A stretch of DNA of 64,000 nucleotides from Squalus acanthias (Eukaryota): NCBI GenBank assembly GCA_030390025.1, contig CM059432.1, forward strand, positions 88,600,001-88,664,000. Reading direction: 5' to 3'. The position numbers and the translations under genes were made by a program. Of this stretch, positions 38,476-51,755 are shown one piece after another (the first letter of the stretch is position 1; each line of letters opens with the position of its first letter). The notes below the pieces were generated by a model. That model saw only the letters and a list, made by a program, of their open reading frames with translations, ran no database searches and was not told the origin of the DNA.

Positions 38476-41400
38476 TCTAATGGAAAAAGGTTTGGCACTT
38501 TATTCCAGAATCCCTTTGTTTCTCTACATTACAACGGTGACTACACATCATAAGAGGGGTAGAGAGGTGGAGCGGTTTAGGAAGGGAATTCTAGCGCTTA
38601 GGACCTAGGCAGCTGAGAGCACGACCGCCAATGGTGGAGCGATGAAAATCAGGGATGCACAAGAGGCCAGAATTGGACTGCCTATTCTACAGTTTCTATG
38701 AGCTCCCCCAAAGGCTTGACCATGGGTGGTAGAAGGCTGCTGTTGCTCAGATGAGGGCCCATGAGATGCTCCTGATTGGTGACCTATATGAGCTCGAGCC
38801 CATGAAGGCCCAGCTTCAAACTTCAGTATTTAGGCTGGTGCCGCATCAGTATGTCTCAGCTGACTTTCCTGCATGGGTTGAGTGGGTGGTGCATCAGCAG
38901 ACGAGCTGACACCCTGAGAGAGGGCATCATGGGACTGTGGCTCTTCACTCCTAATCATCTCCAGGAGATCTGAGACATAGTTGAAGATTTATAGATTTAT
39001 GTGGTCCACCAGCCTTTCAAAGTCAGAGGAGATGATGCAGCCGAGAGCTTGAATGGCATCAGTTTGAGCTTTGATCAAAGTTGCAAGAACTGGTGACATA
39101 GACTCCTGCGGAGAGGGCCTGGCTGCAGCATCCACAGAGCTGACCACATGCTCCATGGCAGAGTACTAATGTCACTGTTCAGAATGCCACACATGCTAGA
39201 ATTGTACTTCTTCATTGTCTCAGACATGCTTCGGCAACTCCTAAGCAGGCGTTCGAATATCACCAATAATTACTGGTGCATATCAAGCAGTTTCCTTATG
39301 TAGGCTGGGCACGTGAAGTAGGCATCTCTATCCTCCATAGCAAAGCTATTTCCTGGGCTACCTTTTCTACTAGCTCCTGTCCACTTGTGCTCTGTGAATC
39401 ACCTTGTGCAGCCCACTCTGGCTCACCATCGATCTGAAGCGAGATGCCAATTTCTGAGCTGATGCTTGGGTGAGAAAGAGTGAGTGACGATGGTTCTTCT
39501 GGAATATTGTCCCCCCAAGTCTTCTCTTGCAGAAGAACCTAGAGAAAGGGAAAAAGAGACAAAGATCAGCATGGCTGGAAAAGGTTATGCAGCAGAAGAA
39601 GACTGACAGCGCTAGGGCAGCAACAATGCTGCCTGTATGAATAATTGCTAGAGGAAGAAGAGAAGCAATCAACATGGCTTCCTCCCCCATCTGGGCCTGG
39701 AAGGAGGCTGGTAACTCCCACCCCCCACCCCTGCCCCCAGACCCCCTCTTTCCTGTCCTCTCCCTCTTGTGCGCCACCTTCTCCTGCAAAAAGAGTTGGA
39801 GTGAGTTATAGTGTGGTTATTGTATAGTGCTCCTCAGCTGTATGAGGCATCTTCATCTACGTGCATGCTGAGAGGGAGAAGCAACAAGTTGGGAGAATTC
39901 TGGGGAGGCGGTCAAGTGCAGGAGAACGGCTGCACTGAGAAGTGTGTAGATGATTAGCAGAAGAGGGGAAGGCCTTCCAGTTGTGACCAGGTGAACCCAG
40001 ACTGCTGTGTGCACCTGTTGTGAGGGCATCGGCAGCAGGTGAGTGTGTGATTGTAACGAGAAGGAGAGCTCCTGCTGGGCCCGTGACCTGCTGTGATTGG
40101 AGAAGAAGCATGTGAAGTGGAGGAGAGAAGAGGTTAGAGTGCTGGGGGAAGGGGGAGGGGGTAAAAACCTGCTGTGGCAAGGTCTAATGTAGAGAGATCG
40201 AGACAGCGGCTCCTTTGCTTCATGTGGCATCATTTTAGAATGCAAAGGTTGGAAGTGGGGCCTCCTGTTGATACAGTGCTCACTGAAAAGAAAGTGTTTT
40301 TTTAACCCATGCAGCCATTATAATCTGTTCCTTCCTGGCACCAAATTTGAACAAAACAAATGTGCTAGAAAGGTGAAGTAACATATTTCTATTTAATTGT
40401 AGGTGAAAAGTCTGTAAAATCCCAACTATTAAACATAGAGATAATCCCTGGTTAAAGTCATTAACCAATGGCATGAAAAATTAATTTCTCATACAGATAA
40501 TCCTGCAATGGAGGGGATTTGTTTTGATCAGTTATCTATTAAACACTGGTTTTACATTTATTAGCACGTCTATTGTGTGTTTGGTCTTTAACTTTTACTC
40601 ATGATTTCTCTGTGAAACAGCACTGTGTATATCAGCAAAACTGGGTCTTCTGTATAATATTCAGTTAACAGCAATTTATCAGCTAGGTAGATTCAATACC
40701 TTAGCAGAACATAAATCAAGACAGTTTAGTGACAGGTCGGAATGGATGCTTGATAAGACATAGACAATAAAAGTTTATTTACCAAAGCAATTCTTTCATC
40801 TCTGGTGCCAGGTTGATGACTCCTAAAGATTTACTCCTACAAATAACCCACTTCTCCTTCCATTTCCTATGGAACAGAATTGGAGCTACTTGAAGTCTAT
40901 AGATCAAGTGCTGCCATTTTAAAATATGCCAACTCCAGATGCATTTAAGACTCTTGCCCCAGAACATGACTTTTACCATTGGATTTACTTGAAAAATGGA
41001 AAATTGTAGTTGAAATAGATAAGTGACTATGATATATCCTTTACTAAGTGATTTAATAACTTTGATTACTTTACAAAATTAGAACTATATTATCATGAAG
41101 CTTTGAGTTTACTCAGTTAAACTTGGCCACTGGGGACTAATATGGCAGTACATCTTTATACTTGTTTTCAATTAAGTTCAATATTGATTATTGACATTTC
41201 TTCATAATTAGAAATACTTAACAAAAATTTAGCTACAGACTATTTGGTACATTTGAAATAAATTAGTGTAAAATAAGCAATATATCTTTATAACAAGTAA
41301 TTCTGTATCTTATTTTACTTTAATAAAATGCAACCTATAGGTCCTTCACCTGTTCTATAGAAGACAAAATGCAAACATAAGAACATAAAAAATAAGAGCA

Positions 41401-41750
41401 GGAGTAGGCCATTCGGCCCCTTGAGCCTGCTCCGCCATTCAATGAGATCATGGCTGATCTGATTTTGGCCTCAACTCCACTTTCCTGCCCGCTCCCCATA
41501 ACCCTTGACTCCCCTGTAGTTCAAAAATCTGTCTATCTCAGCCTTGAATATATTCAATGACCCAGCCTCCACAACTCTCTGGGGTAGAGAATTCCAAAGA
41601 TTAATGAACCTCTGAGAGAAGAAATTCCTCCTCATCGTCATCTTAAATGGGCGACCCCTTATTCTGAAGCTATGCCCCCTAGTTCTAGATTCCCCACGAG
41701 GGGAATCGTCCTCTCAGCATCTACCCTGTCAAGCCCCCTCAGAATCTTAT

Positions 41751-42480
41751 GGGGGAAAAATTGGGTTGATTTGCGCCTCTCGTTAGCGCCCCCGGGGGCG
41801 TTAACGGGGCGCAAATCCCCTAGCACCCGGGCACAACGCCGCTAATGCCTCCCACAAAATTCAGTGGGAGATTAGCAGCAGCGGTAGCTGGTAGTGACCC
41901 ACGGCGCTGCGCCGCCAGCGATGAAGTCATCGCTGTGCGCAGTGCCCCGCTTGCGCCCTGGCTGCAAACTTCCCTTGTGCCCCCTGACCTATCGCCGGAC
42001 GATATGTCTGACAGGATCAGGGGACGGTTTTGCAGCAACGGCGGCGCTACTTAAAGGGGCAGGTGTCAGCCGACCATTTTTATTTTGGCTGACTGCCAAC
42101 ACCTGCCCCCTTCCCCTTTTTTATGCGGGATGCCGGCCGCGATCGCTCAGCCCCAATACTCTTCTTGAGTACTCCTTCCCGGTGGTCCTGCAGGGCCCCG
42201 ATGCGCACAGCGCTAGGCCCCTCCTCTTAAATCAGGTGAGGAGGCCTGCAATGACACGGTGCTACGTGCCACTGTACGTGGCGCTGCTGCACGTAGTGCC
42301 GCCACATTGAGTAGTAGCGCCCCAAGTAGGAGGTAGAGCACTTTCCAGTAGTGCTCCACCTCCTGCTGGGGGCGCTACTACTGAATTTACGGTGGAGGGT
42401 TGCTAACAATTTCGGGGCGCTAATATTAGCGCCCTGGAGACATTCACGCCCCAAAAGGGGCGCCACCCAATCTTTCCCCC
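41751..42480. mobile_element. Harbinger-type MITE (GCGCC-rich family), 730 bp
   Basis: TIRs GGGGGAAAAATTGGGT / ACCCAATCTTTCCCCC with a perfect TAT TSD. Removing it restores the CR1 sequence agaatcttatatg.ttca. Confidence 0.93.
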
Positions 42481-43258
42481 TATATGCTTCAGTAAGATTA
42501 CCTCTTATTCTACTAAACTCCAATGAGTATCGGCCCAACCTGCTCAACCTTTCCTCATAAGACAACCTCTTCATCCCAGGAATCAACCTAGTGAACCTTC
42601 TCTGAACTGCCTCCAATGCAAGTATAACTCTCCTTAAATAAGGAGACCAAAACTGTACGCAGTACTCCAGGTGTGGGCTCACCAATGCCCTGTACAGTAG
42701 TAGCAAAACTGCCCTACTTTTATATTCCATCCCCCTTGCAATAAAGGCCAACATTCCATTTGCCTTCCAATTACTTGCTGTACCTGCATGTTAACTTCTT
42801 GTGTTTCATGTACGAGGACACCCAGATCCCTTTATACCGCAGCATTCTGTAGTCTCTCTCCCTTTAAATAATATTTTGCTTTTCTATTCTTCCTACCAAA
42901 GTGGATAACCTCACATTTTCCCACATTATACTCCATCTGCCAAATTTTTGCCCACTCACTTAACCTATCTATATCCCTTTGCAGACTCTATGGCTGCAAT
43001 TTTGCTATAGGTGGGTTGGCATCGAGTTGGCTGCTCAGCGGGTTCCGGTCCCGCTGCCGGTTTCAGCCGCACTGAAATAACTATTTTGACTTAACTGGGC
43101 TTATTAAGCCCGTTGTGCGCATTACCCGGCCCAATCAGGGGGTTCGGGTCTGCTGCTCGCCTCTGCGACATCTTCCATCCAGCTGCATTTAAGGGGCCCG
43201 TGCAGCCTTGTGGTGTTTCATTCACATTCTGCTGTTTCTCAGTATTACAGATAGTGAG

Positions 43259-44921
43259 ATGACTGCTTCAAGATCCAAGGCTTCTCCCAGATTTGATGAT
43301 GACTCCCTCCATGCTCTTGTGGAGGGAGTGAGAGGGCGCAAGGAGGTTCTGTTCCCCTCCAATGGACGTAGGAAGCCTCCTCAGCAAACCAAGGCAGCCT
43401 GGCTGCAAATTGCTGAGGAGGTGAGCGCCAGGTCTTTGTGCTCATGCACCTGGGTTCAGTGCAGGAAAAGGTTCAATGACCTTCAAAGTGTGTATAACAT
43501 CACACTTACCTTCAATCTGCTCCCCATCTCCTCTCATCACCGACACTCTGCACTGCCAACCTACTCCTGCACATCCCAACTTACCCATACATCCCTTGCA
43601 CCCTTAACCATCCCTCTCTCTCTATGTACAGAATCACTTCACCATTCTACTATGCACCCCTCACACTCGCTATCACCGTTATGCAATGACAACAACTGAC
43701 AACGTACAGGGAGGGCCCTTGGTATTGGCACCTCACTCCATCTTTGTCTCCTTCTAAGCATCTATGTTATAGATTCTCTACACTCACTCCAACATTCTCG
43801 CACAACCTCCACTTGTGTCCCTCATTGCAGGAAAAGAGAGCCCACAATAAGAGGGAGAGGGGGAGGACAGGAGGAGGACCACTTTCCATGGCGCATTTAA
43901 CCACCGCTGAGGAGGCTGCTATCGAGATCATCGGAGGTGCTGAGGATCTGGAAGTGGGGGACAGTCAGACGGGCGCAGTAAAGCAAGCTGGTGACAGAAT
44001 AGATTTGCAACCCTCTCATTTAGATTTAATGAGTGACTGATATGGCATCGGATGTTCATACAGATTGAGTTCTGATCATCTGCACAATGGGATGTGCCTG
44101 CTACGTTAATATCACATGTCTAAATCATGCCTTTACTCCCCCACAGGACCATCGAGAGCCCCCCTCCCCACTGTCCAGGAGGAAGAGCCGGAAGTCTCCT
44201 TAGAGGAAGCTGCAGCCTCTGAGGGAGCAGCATCAGCAGAATTGAGCGCACCCAGCACCAGCGCAGAGACGCACACCTCGGTGGGTCATTCGCGAGATAG
44301 ATTAGTGTTGGCACCTGGTGTATCACAGCTCAGAAGTGAGCATCAGCAGATGGTGGAGACAGGGACAGCAGTGGAGAGTCCTCGTCGGAGGGCGCTGGAT
44401 GCTCCTAGCTCTGCTCAGCTGCATGTAGACGCTGTGCCTCTGGGGCCATCCAGAAAGAGAGCGGTGCTGGAACTTCAGGAACAAGTGCAGGAGTCGCTGA
44501 CAGGGTTTGCAAACACTGTAACTGCGAGTGTGCAGGGAATGGAGGAGTCCATCTCAAACATGAGCAATGCCGTGGTGCACACAATGGCGAATGTAGGTGC
44601 CACCATGGAAAGGATGGCAACCTCCATGGAGGACATAAATCGCAGACTCAAATGAACATGGTGACTCTTCTAAATAGATGGTCTGCTATGGAGGATAGAT
44701 GATCATCTATTGATGAGAGGAACCAGAGGTACATGGACGTCCCCGTTATGTGGACTATCAGTACAGAGACGGGTCCTCATGGCCCCACTGATGTGCAGCA
44801 AAGTGGTCTCCAGATACTTGCTAGTGAAGTGCGGGTGATCCATGAAAGGAATGTTGGTGGTCAACAACAAGGAAGTGTGGGCTCCTCTCCAAGTGCTTAC
44901 ACTCCCATGTCACAAGGGTAG
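43259..44921 (+). pseudogene. Harbinger Myb/SANT-like gene, 3 exons (about 43259-43487, 43831-43990, 44147-44921)
   Basis: SPRFDDDSLHALVEGV...AAWLQIAEEV...TWVQCRKRFNDL; splice sites ttgcag|GAA, CTG|gtgaca and ccacag|GA; coiled-coil exon 3 with a frameshift/stops after 44650. Confidence 0.88.
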
Positions 44922-45038
44922 TCACTTGAGTGTTTTGATCTCATACAAAGTTATGTTTCTCATCGTTATTTCAATTGTATTAACGAAATGCAATGGCAAA
45001 GATTCAAAGACTGGCCTTTATGTGCTCAGAAATGGAAA

Positions 45039-45340
45039 GGGCAACACGGTGGCATAGTGGTTAGCACTGTTGCTTCACAGCGCCAGGGACCCGGGTTCGA
45101 ATCCGGCCTCGGGTGACTGTCTGTGTGGAGTTTGCACATTCTCCCCGTGTCTGCGTGGGTTTGCTCCGGTTTCCTCCCACAGTCCAAAGATCTGCGGGTT
45201 AGGTTGATTTGGCTATGATAAATTGACCCTTAGTGTTAGAGGGATTAAATACGCGGGGATAGGGTGGGATATGTGTCGGTGCAGGCTTGATGGGCCGAAA
45301 TGGCCTCTATCTGCACTGTGGGGATTCTGTGATTCTGTGA
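45039..45340 (+). mobile_element. tRNA-derived V-SINE (HE1-like)
   Basis: A box TGGCATAGTGG, B box GGTTCGAATCC, V-domain tgtgtggagtttgcacattctccccgtgtctgcgtgggtt, and a CR1-like tail ending (gattctgt)2. Confidence 0.9.
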
Positions 45341-45496
45341 AATTGCAGTGTGGGGTCAGGGCGCCTTTCATCTGTAATGATGGTGGTGAGAGTGATAGGA
45401 AACCACTGTTTATTGTACAGATGCTGTATGGTGTGTTAAGAAGGTCGGCCAGACACTCATTTCCATGTGCCAGCCACATGTGGTTGATGTGTAAAC

Positions 45497-46712
45497 TTAC
45501 GCGAATCTGGCATGGATTAATGTATCCCTTGCCTCATGGCCAGCAATATGGTCGCCTGCTGGTGGAATTTGCACATCCGCCTCCGCAAGGTCTACCTCCT
45601 CTGCCGCTGCCGCCTCCTCTTCTGAGGAGGGTGTGCACTGAGCCACTTGTTCCTCAGGCAGCGGTAAGCCGTGATGTTGTGCAGTACACAGCAGACCACG
45701 ATGATTCTGGATACCCTGGCTGGTGAGTACTGTAGGGCTCCACCAGATCTGTTGAGGCATCTAAATCGCATTTTGAGCAAGCCGATGGTTTGCTCTATGA
45801 TGTTTCTGGTGGAAATGTGGCTCACATTGTACCACTCCTTAGCTCCATTTGATGGCCTCCTCATCAGTCTTATTAGCCACGTCTTCAGGGGATAGCCCTC
45901 GTCTCCAAGTAGCCATCCGGAAAGTTGGGTTGGCGGATTGAAGAGCTGAGGCACAGTAGACTGCCGAGGATGAACGAGTCATGGCAACTGCCAGGGAACT
46001 TGGCGCAAACATGCAAAATGTTCTTCCTGTGGTTACAAACCAGCTGGATGTTAAGGGAGTGGAATCCCTTGTGGTTCACAAATACAGCTGGGTTGTGATG
46101 GGGTGCCCTGATGGCCACATGTGTGCAGTCTACGACGCCCTGCACCCTTGGGAAGCCTGCCATATTTGCAAAGCCAACCGCACGCGCGGTTACACTTGCT
46201 TCATCCGTGGAGAAGTGGATGTAATTGTGCGACTTTGTAAAGAGGGCATCAGTAGCCTGCGTGATGCAGGCATGTGCAGCCGACTGGGAGATGCTGCTGA
46301 TGTCTGATGCTGATCCCTGGAAGGACCCTGAAGCAAAGAAGTTGAATGCGGTAGTGACTTTGACAGCCACTGGTAAGGAGTGTTCACCCGCTCCTCTGGG
46401 CTCCAGGTGTTGGTGCAGCATTGTGCAGATGTCTGCGACTACCTCTCGCGGAAGTCTCAGCCTCCTTTGGCACTGCTGCTCACTCATGTTGAGGAAGCTC
46501 ATCCTCTGTCTGTAAACCCTGTGTTGGGGGTTTATCCTGCGGCGAGGTGCAGGCCTGCACTGACACCCTCTGCCCTGTGCAGCATCAGGTGTCCGAGGAG
46601 AAGGTTGGTGCTCCTGTTGTTGCTGCTGCTGTTGTGCCTTGTTCTGCTGCTGCCGCGGCTGCTCTTCCTCCGATTCTGAGGACCAGGATGAGAGGATATA
46701 AATGGTTCCCAT
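45497..46712 (-). pseudogene. Harbinger DDE transposase (HARBI1-like), frameshifted
   Basis: [42 protein letters not shown] and CCVLHN are spread over three frames. Confidence 0.93.
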
Positions 46713-48689
46713 ACCGCAGGTATATATCTCAGTTGAAGAATAGATGTTATAAGCGCTCAGTCAATCTGGGGAGAGGGTTTTCCAAGGAGGTCACAGTGCA
46801 TATGGATCTCAGCTTAAACACTTACAAGCTCAATAGACCTGCAAAAAATGTTCCAAAACCTCAAAACACAATGTTCTGGCATCTGAAAGTGAGCTCATGT
46901 TACAGGTCAGCTTTTATGCTGCAGGTGCAGCTGTCAAGAATTCAGCTACTTGCTGAACCCGGCACAATCAGCTGGCGTGTTTGTCGCACGACGTGCAACA
47001 CGCTGAAAATGTAGTAAAATGGGAAGAGTCTCTTAAAATCAGATTATCTAGGCAGTTAACAAGCTGTTAACTGGCTTAAGTGGCTCTCCCGCTGCTTGAT
47101 GTCGGGTCTGATTGGGACTCGTAGACCCAACACTTTGTAAAGTTGTGTGGAGGCAGGATGACGGCGGGTTCATTACCCGCCGTCAAACATTTTGATTTTA
47201 ACTCTGGACCAGCCTCCAAACCCGCCCACTGAACGCCGGCAAAATCGCGGCCTTTATGTCCTCCTCACAACTTGCTTTCCTACCTATCTTTGTATCGTCA
47301 GCAAATTTGGCTACAGCACACTCAGTGTCTTCATCCAAGTCATTAATATACATTGTAAATAGTTGAGGCCCCAGCACTGATCCCTGTGGCACCCCAGTAG
47401 TTACAGTTTGCCAACCTAAAAATGACCCAGTTATCCCGACTCTCTGTTTTCTGTTAGTTAACCAATCCTCTATCCAATCTAATATATTACCCCCAACACC
47501 ATGAGCTCTTATCTTGTGCAGTAACCTTTTATGTGGCACCTTCTCGAATGCCTTTTGGAAATCCAAGTACACTACATCTACTGGTTCCCCTTTATCCACC
47601 CTGCTCGTTACATCCTCAAAGAACTCTAATAAATTTGTCAAACACAATTTCCCTTTCATAAAACCATGTTCACTCTGCTTGATTGTATTATGATTTTCTA
47701 AATGTCCTGCTACTACTTCTTTAATAATGGATTCCAGCATTTTCCCAATGACAGATGTAAGGCTAACTGTCCTGCTTTCTGTCTCCCTCCTTTCTTGAAA
47801 AGGGGCATTACAGTTGCGGTTTTCCAATCCACTGGGGCCTTTCCAGAATCTAGGGAATTTTGGAAGATTACAACCAATGCAACCACTATCTCTGCAGTCA
47901 CTTCTTTTAAGACCCAAGGATGCAGGCCATCAAGTCCAGGGGACTTGTTAGCCTTTAGTCCCATTAGTTTGCCTCATACTTTTTCTCTAGTGATAGTGAT
48001 TGTTTTAAGTTCCTCCCTCCTTTCGCTGCTTGATTTTCCACTATTATTGGGTTGCTTTTAGTGTCTTCTACCGTGAAGACAGATACAAAATATTTGTTCA
48101 AAGTCTCTGCCATTTCCTTGTTTCCCATTATTAATTCCCCATTCTCATCCTCCAAGGGACCAACGTTTACTTTAGCTACTCTCTTCCTTTTTATATACTT
48201 GTAGAAGCTCTTACTGTCTGTTTTTATATTTCTTGCTAGTTTACTCTCATAATCTATTTTCTCCCTCTACATCTTGATCTTCCGAGCCAAGATCATTTCT
48301 CACTACTGTACTGATCTCATCCTTTATTAACAAAGCTAACCTACCTCCTTTTCCTTTCTGCCTATCCTTCCGAAATGTCAAATACCCCTGAATATTCAGT
48401 TCCCAGCCTTGGTCGTCTTGCAGCCTTGTCTCTGTAATGGCTATCAGATCATACCCATTTATTTCTATTTGTGGCGTCAATTCATCTATCTTGTTATGAA
48501 TGCTGCGTACATTCAGATAAAGAGCCTTTAACTTTGTCTTTTTACCATTTTTCCCTACTCTGACCCTATTTGCTGGTGCACTCTTATGCTTGTACGCTCT
48601 GTCCCTTCCTGTCACAGTCTGGTTATCATTACCCCTATCGCTACCCTACACTATTGCCTTGTCCTTTCTCTTTAACTTTCTAAGTTTGC

Positions 48690-49680
48690 CCTCACCTGAA
48701 CCCTCCCCCCTACTATATAGTTTAAAGCCCTATCTATAGCTCTAGTTCTTCGATTTGCCAGGACACAGGTCCCAGCATGGTTCAAGTGAAGCCTGTCCTA
48801 ACGGAACAGCTCCCTCTTTCCCCAGTACTGGTGCCAATGCCCCATGAATCGAACCCCATTTCTCCCACACCAATCCTTGAGCCATGCATTCAACTCTCTG
48901 ATCTTATTGACTCTATGCTAATTGCTAATTTGCTCGTGGCTCAGGTAGTAATCCAGAGATTATTACCTTTGTGGTTCTGCTTTTTAATTTAGCTCCTAGT
49001 TGCTCATACTCCCTCAGCAGAATTTCTTTCTTAGTCCTACCTATGTCATTGGTACCTACATGGACCATGGCCATTGGATCCTTCCTCTCTCATTCCAAAT
49101 TCCTCTCCAGCCCCGAGGAGATGTCCTTAACCCTGGCACCGGGCAGGCAACACAGCCTTCGGGAATCACACTCTCAGCTGCAGAGAACAGTATCTATCCC
49201 CCTAATTATACAGTCCCCTACCACTACTATATTCCTTTTTACACCCCCAACTTGAATGGCCCCCTGTACCACGGTGCTGTGGTCAGTTTGCTCATCCTTC
49301 CTGCAGTCCCTGCTCTCATCCACACAGGCTGCAAGAACCTGGTACCTGTTGGACAAGTACAAGAGCTGAGGCTCCTCCAATGCTACCTTCTGGATCCCCA
49401 TACCTGCCTCACTCGTAGTCACACACTCCTGTCCCTGACCACGGGCCAAATCTGAAGTATTTAACCTAAGGGGTGTGACTGTCTCCTGGAACAAAGTGTC
49501 CAGGTAAATTTCTCCCTCCCTGATGTATTGCAGTGTCCAAAGCTCAGACTCCAGCTCATCAACTCTGAGCCGAAGTTCCTCGAGCTGCAGACACTTACTG
49601 CAGATGTGGTTGCTGTGGATCACACTGGGGTCCACCAGATCCCACATCCTACAGCTGCAACACATCACCTGCCCTGCCAT
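48690..49680 (-). pseudogene. CR1 ORF1: Cys zinc finger, coiled coil and SGNH/GDSL esterase
   Basis: CCSCRMW...HICSKC, heptad run LEELRLRVDELESEL, and VVVGDCIIRG (GDS motif degenerate). Confidence 0.85.
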
Positions 49681-50369
49681 CTCTACTGTATTTTATTTAA
49701 CTAATTAGGTTTTCAAGTTTTGAAATACTCAATTGTCTATTAATAATTTTTAATCTAAGTAATAACCTTGTTTAATTTATTAAATTTAGTTATATGCTTT
49801 AGGTCTTTACTGTAACTTAGCCCACAGTCCTAATTTAACCCTAGTTGTTTATATATGTTTTTATGTATCAAGCAGCACCTCTTACCCCCACCTCACCGAA
49901 TTCCCTCACTCACCAAATTCCCGAGTTTAGTACTGTGTAGAAGCAATACTCTGTAGAACTGGATTCCGTGCTACTTACCAAATTTTAAACAAAACAAAAT
50001 TTTAACAGTAAAATTATTGCTGACATACTAACTGGCCTGTGGCTAGTAACAGAGCTTGCTACAGCAGGGAGGTTGCTCTGTATAGGGTGTGTGTGCCAGA
50101 TGGTTGAAGATCAGGAGCTTTGGAATGCGCTAAAATGGCTACTAGCTGGGAAAAGATCACACAAATGGCCAAAACTGAGATGGCAGGGCTGTATATAGGA
50201 AGACATAAATGGAAGCAGGTTATTGGGCTGACAGTTGTAGGAGACTCCAGAGGGAAAGAAACGATGATGAAGTTTTGTGTTACCTACCAACAGCCTCAGT
50301 ATGATTGGCTGTTTGGCCTTTAACTGAGGTCAACAAAAAGTTTAGGAAAAGGGGAATGCTAATAGCTTC

Positions 50370-51755
50370 TTGAGTGTTGTTGTCAGCTGCACTCATCCAG
50401 GCAAGTGGGGAGTATTCCATCACACTCCTGACTTGTGCTTTGTAGATGGTGGAAAGGCTTTGGGGAGTTGAGAGGTGAGACACTCACCGCAGAATACCCA
50501 GCCTCTGACCTGCTATTGTAGCCACAGTATTTATGTGGCTGGTCCAGTTAAGTTTCTGGTCAATGGTGACCCCCAGGAGGTTGATGGTGGGGAATTCGGC
50601 AATGGTAATGCTATTGAATGTCAAGGGGCAGTGGTTAGACTCTCGTTTGTTGGAGATAGTCATCACCTGGCACTTGTGTGGCATGAATGTTACTTGCCAC
50701 TTATCAGCCAAGCCTGAATGTTGTCCAGGTCTTGCTGCATGCGGGCATGGACTGCTTGTTTATCTGAAGAGTTGCGGATGGAACTGAACACTGTCCAATC
50801 ATCAACGAACATCCCCACTTCTGACCCTATGATGGAGGGAAGATCATTGATGAAGCAGCTGAAGATGGTTGGGCCTAGGACAATGCCCTAAGGAACTCCT
50901 GCAGCCATGTCCCGGGCTGAGATGATTGGCCTCCAACAACCACAACAATGTTCCTTTGTCCTAGGTATGACTCCAGCCAGTGGACAGTTTTCCACCTGAT
51001 TCCCACTGACTTCAATTTTACTAGGGCTCCTTGATGCCACACTCAGTCAAATGCTGCCTTGATGTCAAGGGCAGTCACTCTCACCTCACCTCTAGAATTC
51101 AGCTCTTTTGTCCATGTTTGGACCAAGGCTGTAATGAGGTCTGGAGCCGAGTGGTCCTGGCAGAACCCAAACTGAGCATCGGTGAGCAGGTTATTGGTGA
51201 GTACGTATCACTTGATAGCAATGTCGACAACACCTTCTATCACTTTGCTGATGATTGAGAGTAGGCTGATGGGACGGTAATTGGCTGGATTAGATCTGTC
51301 CTGCTTTTTGTGGACAGGACATACCTGGGCAATTTTCCACATTGTCGGGTAGATGACAGTGTTGTAGCTGTACTGGAACAGCTTGGCTAGAGGCACGGCT
51401 AGTTCTGGGGCACAAGTCTTCAGCACAACAGCCGGGATGTTGTCGGGGCCCATAGCCTTTGCTGTATCCAGTGCGCTCAGCCGTTTCTTGATATCACGTG
51501 GAGTGAATCGAATTGGCTGAAGACTGGCTTCAGTGATGGTGGGGACCTCAGGGGGAGGCCGATATGGATCATCCACTCAGCACTTCTGGCTGAAGATGTT
51601 TGCGAATGCTTCAGCCTTGACTTTTGCACTCGCGTGCTGGGCTCCACCATCATTGAGGATGGGGATGTTCATGGGGCTTCCTCCTCCCGTTAGTTGTTTA
51701 ATTGTCCACCACCATTCACAACTGGATGTGGCAGGACTACAGAGCTTTGATCTGA
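50370..51755 (-). mobile_element. Fragment of a second CR1/L2-group LINE family (RT region)
   Basis: KAMGPDNIPAVVLKTCAPELA and NYRPISLLS; same family as 56117-58455. Confidence 0.9.

Larger units (their letters stand above)
36947..40270 (-). mobile_element. Highly degenerate Harbinger remnant with Myb/SANT gene traces (about 38700-40250)
   Basis: TIR-like ggggtagattttc at 36947. Minus-strand ttttgcag|EKVAHKRERTG matches Myb exon 2. Later insertions are present (MITE 37322-38475; SINE/L2 bits 38515-38680). Confidence 0.55.
42992..47252. mobile_element. PIF/Harbinger DNA transposon copy 2, full two-gene structure, disabled
   Basis: TIRs GGCTGCAATTTTGC / GCAAAATCGCGGCC with flanks TAT/TTT. The host CR1 rejoins as gcagactctttatgtcctcc. 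Confidence 0.93.
41374..49950 (-). mobile_element. Near full-length CR1 LINE (5'UTR, ORF1, ORF2 with internal deletion near 48270, 3'UTR), interrupted by a MITE and by Harbinger copy 2
   Basis: Continuous CR1 ORF2 sequence resumes across both insertions. Endonuclease and RT motifs are in ORFs 48247..48615, 47198..47917 and 42227..42754. There is an (aacataag)n tail. Confidence 0.93.

Noticed and set aside
45039..45110. tRNA gene
   Set aside because: The A/B boxes run straight into a V-domain and a LINE-like tail, so this is a SINE head.
43259..46712. Domesticated host genes HARBI1/NAIF1/MSANTD
   Set aside because: The genes are enclosed by TIRs and a TSD, inserted within a CR1, frameshifted, and present in several copies in this window.
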